From Octopus bimaculoides (Eukaryota): 40,771 nt of DNA. This document shows, one piece after another, positions 11,191 through 23,956 of the stretch. The notes beneath the pieces are model-generated. The model worked only from the letters and a program-made list of their open reading frames with translations, had not been told where the DNA came from and did no database searches. The translations under genes and the position numbers were made by a program. Each line of letters begins with the position of its first letter. Position 1 is the stretch's first letter. The stretch spans positions 27,560,858 to 27,601,628 of the forward strand of contig NC_069003.1 of the NCBI RefSeq assembly GCF_001194135.2, in the 5' to 3' direction.

Positions 11191-11625
11191 TATTGGTTCA
11201 TCTCATAAAAAATGCGATTTTTTAATACTTATTCCATTTTTCAAAATTAAGATAAAGTTCTTTTCTAATCTAAAATATACTCTCCTTCATTTTCTACAAT
11301 ACTCTTCCCTTTATCTGGTAGACTTGCAAGGCCACTCTTCCAAAATTCACTTGTCCGTGACAAAAAATATTGTTCCTGTACTGTTCTGACCTCATCTACA
11401 GAATTCATATTTTTTCCGTCCAAATGATTTTGAAGATTGCAGAATAAATGATAATCAGATGGGGCAATGCCCGGCGGATAAGGTGGGTGGGGCATTGTCT
11501 CCCATTTAAACTGTTCCAGCCTTTGGAATGTCATCCACGCTGTATGTGGCCGAACATTATCCTGATGGAAGAACACCTTTCGACTGAAACTCTCATTGCT
11601 TCGTTCTTCCTGTTGGTGGTGTTGT
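11191..11625 (-). pseudogene. Mariner transposase C-terminal fragment with one terminal inverted repeat
   Basis: FHQDNVRPH...HPPYPPGIAPSDYHLF (YSPDLAPSDY-like motif; D...D spacing of mariner type). TIR-like TTGGTTCATCTCATAAAAAATGCG follows TA at 11191-11192. Confidence 0.92.
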
Positions 11626-11702
11626 TTTTATTTCTTAGTCTGTGAGGGAAAAGTATATTACACTTGTTTTTCAGGGACTATTTGGTATTATACAATATCA
11701 GT

Positions 11703-12012
11703 GAAGGCGCAAGGCTTAGTGGTTAGATATTTGGCTCACGACCATAAGGTCGTGAGTTCAATTCCCGACGGCCCGTTGTGTCCTTAAGCAACATGATTTA
11801 TTTCACGTTGCTGCAGTCCAATCAGCTGGCAAAAATGAGTTGTACCTGTAATTCAAAGGAGCCAGCCTCCTCACATTCCGTGTCACGTTGAATCTCTCAG
11901 AACTACGTTAAGGATGTCTGGAGTGTCCATCCACTTGCACGTTAATTTCACGAGCTGGCTGTTCTGTTGATTGGGTCAACTGTAACACTCTTCGTCGTAA
12001 ATGGTGGAGTCC
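11703..12012 (+). mobile_element. SINE family C, near full length
   Basis: tRNA head with A box (TGGCTTAGTGG-like) and B box (GAGTTCAATTCC). The body aligns with 13492-13801 and 25272-25524. Confidence 0.88.
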
Positions 12013-12182
12013 CATTTAGTTAGTGAAGGTAGGTAGTAGTGAGAGGAAGGGTTAAGGAAGAAGTTACTCTCAAACAGAAGACCTGTTCCAAATACATTGC
12101 AAGAGTGTGAACTCCGCTAAAGGAACCTAAGAACAGGCCAGGTGTTGGTGCTAAACCAGGTGAGAGACTGAATCTACCTGGC

Positions 12183-12252
12183 AAGAACTCAGAACGAAAG
12201 AGCCGGAACAAACGCCACAAGGAATCTCATCCGACGCTCTAACATTTCTGCC
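12183..12252 (-). mobile_element. SINE family B, head fragment
   Basis: GAACTCAGAACG...CCGACGCTCTAACATTTCTGCC matches 28462-28528. Confidence 0.6.
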
Positions 12253-13030
12253 TCGGACTGTTTGCTACTCTATATATTATCGAGAATAAAAAAGACGAAT
12301 GGTAAAGTTGAAAGTGGAGTAGTTGCTGATAGTGCTAGGTTGGCCAAATCTAGTCGGATGCCAGATTAAAAAGAAAAAAAAAACTATTGGTAAAGATACA
12401 GAAAAAAACAAAAAACAAAAAAAAGCAGAACAAAAAATCCAAAAACAATAGGGTAGAATCGGAGAAAAGTTATATTGTTCCACATTCGTCCAAAACAAAA
12501 CAAAAAATAAATAAATAAATGCAAAAAGAAAACAAGATTTAATAAAATTGGTAAAATAACGTTTGTATGCCGTGAGAAAGAAACACTAAAAGCGAACGTC
12601 TTTGGTTCTTCACTTGTACTTTCGGTTTTATGTGAAGTGAATAACATTATAAGAATTAACATTCACATGTGAAATTAGTTGACAGCAGCTTTCACTTGCA
12701 AAGTTTCTTTCCTATTCTGGTGTTCAACGATAAAATAGAGAATAATGTCTCTTCTTACTCTAAGAAGCTCGACTACAATTAACAGGAGGCAGGGAAGTTA
12801 TGTTCAGACAACTGTAATTTTGCAGGAAATGATTAGTTAAAACCTTTTGGGGGTTAAAGTAGTGACGAAGCTAGGTGTAATGTGGATGGCGAGTGGATGA
12901 TTCAAAGACGCATTGTGTGAAAGATGGTAGATGTGGTGTTATGCTGTATGCAGAACAGCTAAAACAACAATCCAGTAGTGCGTACGTCTACCACACACAT
13001 TTCAACACATCACACACGCATATACACACT

Positions 13031-13100
<70 letters not shown>

Positions 13101-13388
13101 CACGGATAAATTAACACATCACATAGGCACAACAAACGCAGACACATATACATCTCTCTCTCTCTCACTCCTGTATATATATATATATGACTGTATGCGT
13201 ATATCATATAAACAAACGCATGTATATGTGTGAATCTGTAATCGAAGCATTTACTCACCGAGAGTGCTCAACAATAAATTAAAAGTTATTGGAGCTATGA
13301 GCAGTGTCTGTCTGAAGTAAATGACCTGCAAAGATATATGTCGAATATACTCATATAAAATAGCATGCGTGTGTATATTATACTATAT

Positions 13389-13393
<5 letters not shown>

Positions 13394-13469
<76 letters not shown>
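13394..13469. repeat. (CA)n microsatellite
   Basis: Long perfect CA run. Confidence 0.95.
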
Positions 13470-13471
<2 letters not shown>

Positions 13472-13491
13472 TTATAAATCCTAAATCAATT

Positions 13492-13801
13492 GAAGGCGCG
13501 TGGCTCAGTGTTGAGGGCATTAAGCTCACGATCCTATGATCGTGTGTTTGATTCCCGGCGGTGCGTTGTGTCCTTGAGCAAGGAACATTGCTCCGGTCTA
13601 CTCATCTCGCAAAAATTAGTAATACCTGTATTTCAAAGGGCCAGCCTCGTCACGCACAATGTGATGCTGAATCTCCCTGAGAACTACGTTACGTGGTGCG
13701 CATGTCTGTAGAGTGCTCAACCACTTGCACATTAATATCACGAGTAGGTTGTTCCGTTGATCGGTTCAACTAGAACACTCCTCGTCGTAACTGGCAGTGC
13801 C
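13492..13801 (+). mobile_element. SINE family C, near full length
   Basis: GAAGGCGCGTGGCTCAGTG...GATTCCCGGC...GAGAACTACGTTA...CTCGTCGTAAC. Confidence 0.88.
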
Positions 13802-13809
13802 AGTCTTTC

Positions 13810-14310
13810 TATATCAAGATAATGTTTCCCCCCTCATTATTGAGTACGTAATCCCATATTTTTGGAATATAGTTGATCTCTCGGTCGTAAAATGCTTCAG
13901 GTTTCAAAACACAGTGACCCTCAATATCATCTTTAACCCCATCTTAATTCACAAACTGTTTCCCTTTTAAATAATGTTGCATTAATCTGAAAAGATGAGT
14001 TAGATGAAGCAAGGTCAGACGATTACGAAGAATAAGGCATAACTTCTATATTTAACGTTCTTATCTTTTCCCGAGTAACCAGGACAATATGTGGTCTTGT
14101 TTTATCATGTAAGAATAACGCTTTTTATACTAACCAATAATGGGCGCTTTTTCTAAAATTTTTGTGTTGTGCTCTCCAGTTGACGACAATACTTCGCATT
14201 ATCTGTTTCGTTTTGGTTTAACACTTTATGATAGACTGTACCTTTATATACCACCAAAGAGAGCATAACTGTTTTTCAGCTGTAATCTTAACTGAGGGTT
14301 GGATTTTCAT
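13810..14310 (-). pseudogene. Second, heavily degraded mariner transposase fragment
   Basis: Reverse translation across frameshifts: LCSLWW...NETDNAKYCRQL...KRPLLV...RPHIVLVTREKI...SSDLASS...HLFRLMQHYLKGKQF...IPKIWDYVLNNEG. Confidence 0.75.
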
Positions 14311-14350
14311 TTTTCGTGGGGTGCCTTCTCTCTTTCTCTCTCCCTCTATG

Positions 14351-14385
<35 letters not shown>

Positions 14386-14830
14386 GAGTGAACAGACAAA
14401 CGAAGGAAGGACACGCAACACATTTATTGGGAGTTACATGTATGGAACAAAACAATTGATTCAAATTCGTTCGTACTCCGAAAGGCGTGTGGAATTGCTA
14501 TGATTCTTTGGAGGATAACTGATGAGGGTTTATGGACATTCTATGTGTATTTTCCGTTTGTACCGTGTGTTTGTACTTCTATATATTATATACATACTTT
14601 TGAACATATGTATATATACATACACATTGATGTTGCCCATGTTGCAGGTGGTGGCCACATTGGACACTTACTTGTAGGATAGGAAATAAAAGTTGATCGT
14701 GAGTAAATGCTTGTGACTTAGCTGGTGTTTTCTGTTGCTTTTCCTTATTAAAATATTGTATAATGAAATCGGTTCATTTATATATACATATACACACATA
14801 TATATATGTAACATATGGTATAATTATAAA

Positions 14831-15248
14831 CAGGGCAAATTTTAGTTATTTCTCCGTAGACTGAAAAAAATTATTGGCTCATCAGAGGCGTCTACATCAT
14901 TCGGACAGTCTCCAGAGAAACAAGCAGCCAAACTGTTTATATACTCAACAAATGCAGCAGTTATTCTATAAAGGGGCCCTTAATTTGCATAACATAGGTG
15001 TTTATCACTCTATAAATACCAGCGGCCTGTCAACGGGGATCTTAGTCCACACAGTATCAAGGTATGGCCATAATATAAATGTTATATATGGTAGGGCAAA
15101 TTTTAGCCATTTCTCCACAGACTGAAAAAATGAACAACCTTAATTGATTTTCGAACCTTCTTGGGTTCTCATCAGTGGCGTCTACATCATTCTGACTGTC
15201 TCCAAAGAAACAAACAGCCAAATGTTTATATACTCAACAAACGCAGCA
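14831..15248 (-). mobile_element. Tandem direct repeat with ~290-nt period carrying hammerheads (retrozyme or Penelope pseudo-LTR-like)
   Basis: 14832-14959 and 15093-15248 are homologous. TCATCAG occurs at 14879 and 15169, and copy 1 lacks 29 nt of the ribozyme core. Confidence 0.8.
15130..15190 (-). ncRNA. Minimal type I hammerhead ribozyme, slightly degenerate
   Basis: ATGA-TGTAGAC-GCCA-CTGATGA-GAACC-CAAGAA-GGTTC-GAAAA-TCAA-TTA-AGGT-TGT-TCAT. Helix II is a perfect 5 bp; the first helix I pair is A.A. Confidence 0.7.
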
Positions 15249-15279
15249 TATATAGATATTTACATATATAGATATTTAA

Positions 15280-15296
15280 ATTCATACATACATACA

Positions 15297-15367
<71 letters not shown>

Positions 15368-15481
15368 TTACACATGATATAAATATATAGATATATGCAT
15401 GTATATATACACATATATGTATATACACATGCATATATATATATGTATATACACATGCATATATATATATGCATATACACA

Positions 15482-15535
<54 letters not shown>

Positions 15536-15730
15536 NNNNNNNNNNNNGTATATATATATATATACACATGTATATATATATATATATATATACATACATC
15601 TAGACATGATATAAATATATATATATGTTTATACACGCACATTCATATATAGATGTATATACACACATGTATATATATACATATATATATTTGTATGCAT
15701 ATACGGACATCATACACACACATATACACA
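15280..15730. repeat. (TACA)n/(TA)n microsatellite field with small gap
   Basis: Direct inspection. Confidence 0.9.
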
Positions 15731-16193
15731 CGTTAGTTGAATGAAGAAAGCCAATAAAGTACAATTGCTACGGTTTGTTCAGCTTATCTTTTCCGGAGTT
15801 GAACAAAAAGCATTCAACACAACCAGATGAGAATCGACAGGAGGAAGAAAGGAGTGGAACCAAATAAATAAATAAACCGAGAAATATATGTATATATCAA
15901 TTAATTAATTAATACTGAAATTATATCAGAATAATTTACCACTTGAAAAATTTTCACTCTACATTAGAAAACAAAATTGTGAGTTACCAGTAGCATATTT
16001 GGAAAAAGGCCTGTTACAATTTTTGTTCTTAGCAACGAAGATGATATAGCTATGTGAAGGTTTTATCGACAGAGTAAAATCTAACAAATTCAGGCAAAGA
16101 ATAAGACATTTTATTATCGAAATAAACTATTTTTTTTTATGCGAAGTGCCTGAAATTAACTGTAGCACAAACCCTCATTGTCTTCTTTTATTG

Positions 16194-16555
16194 TTTTACT
16201 TGTTTCAGTCATTTGACTGCGGCCATACTGGTGCACCACCTTGATGGGATTGTTAGTCGAACAATTGACCCCAGGACTTACTTTTTAAGCCTAGCACTTA
16301 TTCTATTGGGCTCTTTTACCGAACTGCTAAGTTACGGGATCGTAAATAAACCAGCACCGGTTGTCAAGCGGTGATGGGGTGATAAACAAGAACACAAAGA
16401 CACACACTGACATTTATATATATATATACGACGTGCTTTTTTCAGTTTTTGTGCATTAAATCCATTCACAAGGCTTTGGTCGGCCCGAGACTATAGTAGG
16501 AAACACTTACCGAAGGTGCCACGCAGTGGGACTGAACCCGGAACCATGTGGTTTG
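16194..16555 (-). mobile_element. SINE family A, near full length
   Basis: Reverse complement of head, CORE-like body, internal (TA)n and 3' half (...GTGCCACGCAGTGGGACTGAACCCGGAACCATGTGG). Confidence 0.9.
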
Positions 16556-17107
16556 GTGTTCATTATTTCTCTCTATATAAATATAGACAGAGATGAAATC
16601 CATCTCACAGCGGAGTTATTTATTGCTCTTTCTCTATGTGGCATCCCTATTGTTTTCATTATGTGTTTAATAATAATAATAATAACAATAGGTATATAAA
16701 TATATATATATGTATATGTGTGTGTGTGTACGGATGTGTGCATGGATGTATATATTCATTGTAATTCGATAATAGATAATTTCACAAAAGGATTTGTATA
16801 ACTCATTTCTTTTTCTTTTCCCATTTCTTTTTCGTGTTTCCCCTCTCTCGTAAGTTCAATATTAATCATTGGATATTTTGAATCATGTTTATTTTCTGTT
16901 TCAACAATTTCTATTTATTTACATTATTTCTTGTGAATATTGAAGCCTCTCTCTCTCTCTCTCTCTCCCCGCCTCTTCTTTCTTTCTTTATTCTATAATG
17001 AATTATTTCTTCACTTATTTTATTTCTTAATAGACAAACGTTAGAAAATGATAATGGGCGTTGTTGTTTCCACACAGAAATACAGTATAACGTTCTCTCA
17101 AGCACGT

Positions 17108-17143
<36 letters not shown>

Positions 17144-17230
17144 CTATAAATGAATCAAATATATACAGAAACATACATACGTGTGTACATANNNNNNNNN
17201 NCATACGTGTGTACATATTTCTATGTGTGC

Positions 17231-17270
<40 letters not shown>

Positions 17271-18151
17271 ACATATACATATATATGTCTTTTATATATA
17301 TTACCTATCTATATTACTATCTATCTATATATTATACATATAAATATACATACATCTATATATCATATATGTAATATATATATATATAATGGATATTTCA
17401 TATAATACACACACACATACGCACACGCGCACACACACCCACACATATATATATATATATATATATACATACAAATATATATACATATATAATATATATA
17501 CATATATGTATATTTGTATATACTTATAATTGTATATATTAGTGTATATATAAGGATTGATAGATCTCTGTAAGAAGATGTTATGGGATGTAAAATTATC
17601 AATTATTCTTCAACAATAACTATTGATTATTTTTCTTTACTTACGCCTCATAAAATCACGCGAGAAAGGATAAAACGATGGAATTGTATATAGTCACATT
17701 CGTGTCTTTAACAATGTCATTTATTGTGTATAAGTGAAGTGAAACAAATTCATCTAGGACTTAAAGTCAGCCTAATTATTACTGTATAGAATTCATCGTT
17801 GTTGTTATAATAGTTGTATGTTTTGTCTGTAAAGACGAGTTTACTTTGCCACCGAGTTATTTGCAGTCAGGAACCCTTTATCACAGTTTACTGCTGTTAT
17901 TTATATATTAAATGTATAAAAGAAATGGAGGAAAAGTTGTAACACCGCCTGTGCGATGTGAACGTTGAATCTGCTGTATATCGTACAGCTATGTTACTTT
18001 TGCCACGAGATCTCGAAAGGATAAGAATCAAAGTAGACCTGAGCAGAATTTGGACACATGATTAACACGGAAAGTACTAAATTCCGTATGATCAAAATTA
18101 GGCCACGTATTCACTGGATCTGTGTATTCTATTTTCAGTCTGTTTGTAGGT

Positions 18152-18207
18152 TGATAGTAGACGCTGACGAAGGGTAAATACCCAGAAACTCGAGTCCGTG
18201 CGTATCA
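18152..18207 (+). ncRNA. Minimal type I hammerhead ribozyme
   Basis: TGATA-GTAG-ACG-CTGACGA-A-GGGTA-AA-TACCC-A-GAAAC-TCGA-GTC-CGT-GCG-TATCA. Intact core, GUC cleavage triplet (cut after 18196), and bipartite helix I with an internal loop. Confidence 0.8.
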
Positions 18208-18422
18208 TGTCAGATCAACGATAGGAAGGATGACTTCCCTTTGCAAATACCTACAGGGCACAGATGTGTGTCGATAGCCAGCTGGAGGAGATGTTCTCCT
18301 GGAGCTAAGAGCAACAGTAACATTCACCCTTAGGGTTTAGCCGCATTTAAGTGGCAAATATACTTCACGTTGTCGTGCAGTTACTGTTTATACCTCGTTC
18401 AGAGATTTAACATTGCTAAATA

Positions 18423-18577
18423 TAGTTGGTTGTCATAATAAAATTCAGAGTTTTGGATACCGGTGCTGAAGCCTGCTCCCGCATCTCCTCAGTTATAGTC
18501 TTAATAACTGATTAGATGCCGGAGCAGACTTCAGCCCCTGTATCCGAAACTCTGAGTTTTATTATGACAACCAACTA
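18423..18577. repeat. 74-bp-arm inverted repeat containing hammerhead-derived sequence in both arms
   Basis: 18423-18496 pairs with 18504-18577 at 66 of 74 positions. The loop is AGTCTTA. Confidence 0.93.
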
Positions 18578-18659
18578 ATTGTCACATATATTTATAGATA
18601 AATTCCTCTATTTTACATAATATCGAGATCTCATTCATTCTTTTATTGTTATATTATTA

Positions 18660-18668
18660 TTGTTAATG

Positions 18669-18700
<32 letters not shown>

Positions 18701-19080
18701 GAGAGAGAGGTAGATATAGAATATATATAAATATGTATATACATATGTATATATAGATGCATGCTTCCATACATAATACAAACTCGCATACATGCATGCA
18801 TATATATATAATACATGAATGCGTAGATAAATAGATGCATACATATATATGTACCTACACATATATGTGCATAAATATATATACATATTCATGCATACAT
18901 ACATTCATGCGTACATACACTCATACATAAATGCATGCATAAATACTTACATTCATACATTAATGCATACTTAAATACATACATAAGTAAATACATAAAT
19001 ACATACACACTCATGCACACATATATCCATACACACACATATACATACATATGTATGTACGTACATACATACATAGGCAC
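18660..19080. repeat. Degenerate (TA)n/(TACA)n/(TGCA)n field
   Basis: Direct inspection. Confidence 0.85.
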
Positions 19081-20540
19081 ACCTCTTCAGTTTTCCACCA
19101 AATCAGTAATCTTAAGAACTCATGCAGACACAATGTCTCGGTGAAGTTTTTTAAAACTGAAATCCAGATAAAGATTGAACTCAGGTTTTGTTGAGGTTAC
19201 AATACATTCGTGTGATTACTGATGTGATTCTAGCTTGATATATTACAGCTTTCCGTGTAGATCTCATTAGATGTTTCATATTATACAAAAACTCTAGACA
19301 ATGCGACTTCACTTTAAACGTGTTACTAACCATGATTGTCGAGTATTTAACCGAAGCTTCACAGACAACTCACTGAGAATATGTGGGTGTATATGTGTGG
19401 ATATATGTGTTCGTCTGTGTGTGTATGTATTTATGTATGTGTATGTGCGTGCGTGCGCTAAGTCTAACATTGGCGTCTGGCATTGTCCTTAAATGCTTAA
19501 CTTAGATCTGTCTCTAACAAAAAGTCACAAGCCTAACTATAAACATAGTACCGTGTTCTCATACGTCATACAGTTGTCTTTACTCACTGATAAAATTAAA
19601 TACAAGCGATAAAAGAAATAATTTTCACTGGAAGAAAGAGAGAGAAAAATCTCGGAATCTTCTGTACATTTCCATTAAAAAAAAATTGGACACGATCCGT
19701 TGTTTAGTCAGTTTTCGCAAAAGGCCGAAACAATTTTAATTAAAGCCATCACATATATCTGTCTCTCCGAAGCAAAAATTCTCCTGTAACGATTTTTTCC
19801 CCTATCACTGAACAAAATTTCCCGGAAATGGGACGGAGGTGAGACGGAAGAATGGAAAGCTCGTAAACTTTAGCTACTTGTTTTTGTGAACTAAACTGCC
19901 AATAAAAAACTTTTCGTTACTACACACCTTGTCAGTCCGGAATAATTTGCGAGTTAAAGTATGTCTGGGCAATAAGAGTATTGCTATAGAACGAACCTAT
20001 TTATAAAAAAAAATATTCTACCTTTGTGTCAAAATAAACCAATAATATGTTAGATATATTTCAGCGAATGTCGACATTAACCAGGGATTTGTAACCCAAC
20101 GTACATTAGATATTACTATAGATAGTGGCAGTATTAACCGGATAAATCACAACCTAACGAACATGAAATGTATTATAGTCGGTTTGAACATTACTGAGAA
20201 AACTACAGCAAAACTTGCATTAAATATATCAAACGCCAACGAATATATTTCATCCATTGGCAGTAAAGACAGCATCACAAAAGCTGACATTTCTCTTAAG
20301 GTTAAAGAAATGTTTCAGTCACCAACAGCTACAAGGTTCAAATGAGTTCTACTGTTAAGTGCTGCTTTCATATCAACGATACTACTACTGCTGTTACACA
20401 CAAGGACACCCAAGACCTCACCTAAAGAAAGCACAGCACATTGAATGGAATGAAGATACCCATCAGCACACTCCAGCCTATGGCTCGCAGGTGTACTATA
20501 TTCTCTCCCTTTCTCTCTCACTTAATCTGTCTGTCTGTCT

Positions 20541-20962
20541 GTGATGAATAAACTGTCGTCTCAATTACGCAAAAATGAAAATAACACTGACATCTCATTT
20601 TAACAGATATACTTAGCAAAATTAGTTAAAATATCTTGAAATACTAAAGAGTAAATTTATTCAATAAAATCGCCTTTGGCCGCCAGACACGGCTGCCAGA
20701 CAACTTGGAATCTCCTGCAATTCTTCCGGACGGTTTCCTAGTTCAAATTGGTGAATGCTGCCATAATCCTTACCTTCAGTTCATCTTTGGTGTTATAAGG
20801 AGTTTTTGTTGATCACTCGTTCAACTTCTAGGTGGCCAAGATGTTAGGAGTGATGCGGTCGCAGAAATTGTCCGACAGCCATGACTGGGTTCTCCTGCTT
20901 GTGTGGCATGTTGCAGATTCCTGCAGCAGCCACCCTCTTCACCCAGGGTAGCACTACCTCGT
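20541..20962 (-). pseudogene. Tc1/mariner-superfamily (maT-like) transposase C-terminal remnant with 3' end
   Basis: Reverse translation: EVVLPWVKRVAA...QESATCHTSRRTQSWLSDNFCDRITPNI (QQDxAPxH/WPP-like), then NTKDELKVRIMAAFTNLN*ETVRKNCRRF...KGDFIE*. Putative TIR at ~20541-20570. Confidence 0.8.
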
Positions 20963-21032
20963 CCACTGCCTGGAATCGAACTCGCAATTTTGGGGTTAGT
21001 AGCCCGCTCTCTTAACAACCACGCCACATGCC
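20963..21032 (-). mobile_element. tRNA-derived SINE head
   Basis: Reverse complement GGCATGTGGCGTGGTTGTTAAGAGAGCGGGCTACTAACCCC...GAGTTCGATTCCAGG has A and B boxes but no intact cloverleaf. Confidence 0.65.
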
Positions 21033-23199
21033 CGTGTGTTTACAGCCAAAAAGATGAGGAAAAATTTTCCGTCAAATGTAAATAATGTAAATAATGTAAT
21101 ACAGAGTTGTAAAGAAATTTACATGCATACATTGACGTGCGTGCACACAGACACCCCCACACACATGCATGACGGCTTCCGTACACTTTGCTTTGCGTCC
21201 CCTGAGTTCTACTAATAAGTTATGTTAGTAGTCACCTTACCAAAGTGGCGCGCCGTAGCTTCGAATGTGAGTTTACGTGATTGCAAAGCGAACTTACGAA
21301 CCCGAGCTCCACATCGAAGACATTGTCTGCGTTAAATATGAATACTTCGTTGCATTCTCTTGACCTCCTGAGTTACAATCTCATTGTCGTGTAACTTTCT
21401 GAAGCACCTCCCACCTCTCCGCATTCAGTGTCAACCAAAAATTTACCAGACGAAGGAACTCTTCGCCTCTCTCACAAAAGTTCCATCACGTGTCATCATG
21501 TGTCAACTTTAGAAACAGTTATTATGTACAGTGGACATTTAATACCCTGTTCACGCATCTTTTGGAATAATTTCATCCCATGAAACAAACATGAGAACAT
21601 GAAACTCGATTGTCATGTCTGACAGGAACAGTGAAGGAGTGTAACGGAGTAGGACAGCCAAACGGAGATGATATGCAGTGCTTTAAATATGACCGACACA
21701 TCATCAAGCGCTGGTGTGTTGCTGAGAGTCTTCTGGTGTTCGTATCGAGGGATTACGCATCTGTACAGCATTTCTGACAGGGGCTAAGTCTCTCTGTAGT
21801 TCACTCTTTTAAACACACAGACACACACACACACACACACACATCTGCACGCATATATTATACCCACATACACACTCATACATACACGTCGTTTTTCTTT
21901 CTTTCGTTCACTGACTTTTTTCAACACCTCCCTGTCTCTCATTCTNNNNNNNNNNNNNNNNNNNNNNNNNNNNNNNNNNNNNNNNNNNNNNNNNNNNNNN
22001 NNNNNNNNNNNNNNNNNNNNNNNNNNNNNNNNNNNNNNNNNNNNNNNNNNNNNNNNNNNNNNNNNNNNNNNNNNNNNNNNNNNNNNNNNNNNNNNNNNNN
22101 NNNNNNNNNNNNNNNNNNNNNNNNNNNNNNNNNNNNNNNNNNNNNNNNNNNNNNNNNNNNNNNNNNNNNNNNNNNNNNNNNNNNNNNNNNNNNNNNNNNN
22201 NNNNNNNNNNNNNNNNNNNNNNNNNNNNNNNNNNNNNNNNNNNNNNNNNNNNNNNNNNNNNNNNNNNNNNNNNNNNNNTCCCCCCTCTCTCTCTCTCTCG
22301 TTCCCCCCTCTCTCTCTGTTCTACATGTGAAATTATCAGTTTCCTGTACGACATCCGAAATGTTCCTGATTGAAGGTATTACAATAGAAACCGGAAGGAC
22401 CAAGTAATACATAAATAGATAAATAATTTATAAAATCTGTAAAAACGAATACATGAAAATGATAAATCAATGCATTACATAAAAAATAAATAAAAACAAA
22501 TAAACATATGAATAAATAAATTAATTAAACAAAATAAAATGAAATGTGGAATAAGAATATTAAAAAATCAAAAAACAATAATCAATAAATGAAAAATAAG
22601 CAAAATAAAAAAAATTGAATAAAATAAAACAAGAATGCAAAAACATTAAAAATAATAATAATAAACATAAAAAATAAAGTGAAAAGGAATTACCAAACAA
22701 AATAAAATAGAAGACAAAAATACAAAACATTACTAATAAATAAATAATAAATAATGATTACTAAAAATGAAATAAACAAAGAAATATTAACCATTGTTAA
22801 AATAGAATATTCCTTGTGCAAGACAAATATTCTGCATCGAATTGTTTTGTGGTTTGCTTGTTTATTTATTTTTCAAAATATTTTTTTTTGCTTTAAAAGA
22901 AGTGTGATTACGATAAAAAATGGTGATAAAAGGAATTGGTCTTTAAGATGTTGGTTTCGTAATAGAATAGCAATGAGTTATTACGACATTCCGTTATTGA
23001 TATCATTGAATACGATGATTCTAATACTAAAATAATAATAATAAGAAGAAGAACAACAAAAACATTAATAATAATAATAATAATAATAATGATGATGATT
23101 AATGATAATTAATAATAATTAAACCCACAGAATTAAACAGAAAATAGAAAAGAAAAATGAAATTTATCGTCTCCTATCGCTTTCCTTTCTCTATCTATA

Positions 23200-23433
23200 T
23201 CTCTGTTGTCACTCTCTCACTCTCTCTCTAATATCCATCCATCCAATCATCTATCTATCTATCTACCTATCTATCCTCCTCTCTCTCTCTCTCTCTCTCT
23301 CCCTCTCTCTCTCTCCCTTCTGTATATGTTCATCTCTCTTACTCTTTGTCTCTGTGTCCTCCTTTCTTTCCTCCACTCCTCACACTGTATATGTATTTAT
23401 ACAATAGCACAGGGTGATAATGGGAATACATCA

Positions 23434-23489
<56 letters not shown>

Positions 23490-23924
23490 TGCATATACAC
23501 ATCCACATGGACACGGACTCACACTCACGCATACACATGTTCACACACGTTCACACAAACCAAATATACATGCACGCACACACACACACGCACACACATA
23601 CACACACACACGCACTGCCATACACAAACGGACACTGGTTTAGAGAATCTGAGATCAAAGGAAAATAAAAGCCAAAAACTGGAAAAATAATTGACGAAAC
23701 AATAAGTATAACAACAACATTAACGATGATGAAGAGGAGGAGGATTTCGTTGAGACTGCTGCTGCTACTACTACTACTACTACTGCTGCTGCTACTGCTA
23801 CTACTGCTGCTACTACTACTACTACTACTACTACTAATGAAAATATAATAATAATACATAAATAATGATAATGATAAAAATAATAAATGATAATAATAAT
23901 ATTAATAACAATAATAATAATAAC

Positions 23925-23956
<32 letters not shown>

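Noticed and set aside
14648-14698. 51-nt segment with AG acceptor and strong GTGAGT donor
   Set aside because: Contains a stop codon in all three phases.
21400-21790. Moderately GC-rich unique stretch with short open frames
   Set aside because: No frame exceeds ~60 codons or shows a known motif or paired splice sites; an old repeat and a conserved non-coding element cannot be distinguished by eye.
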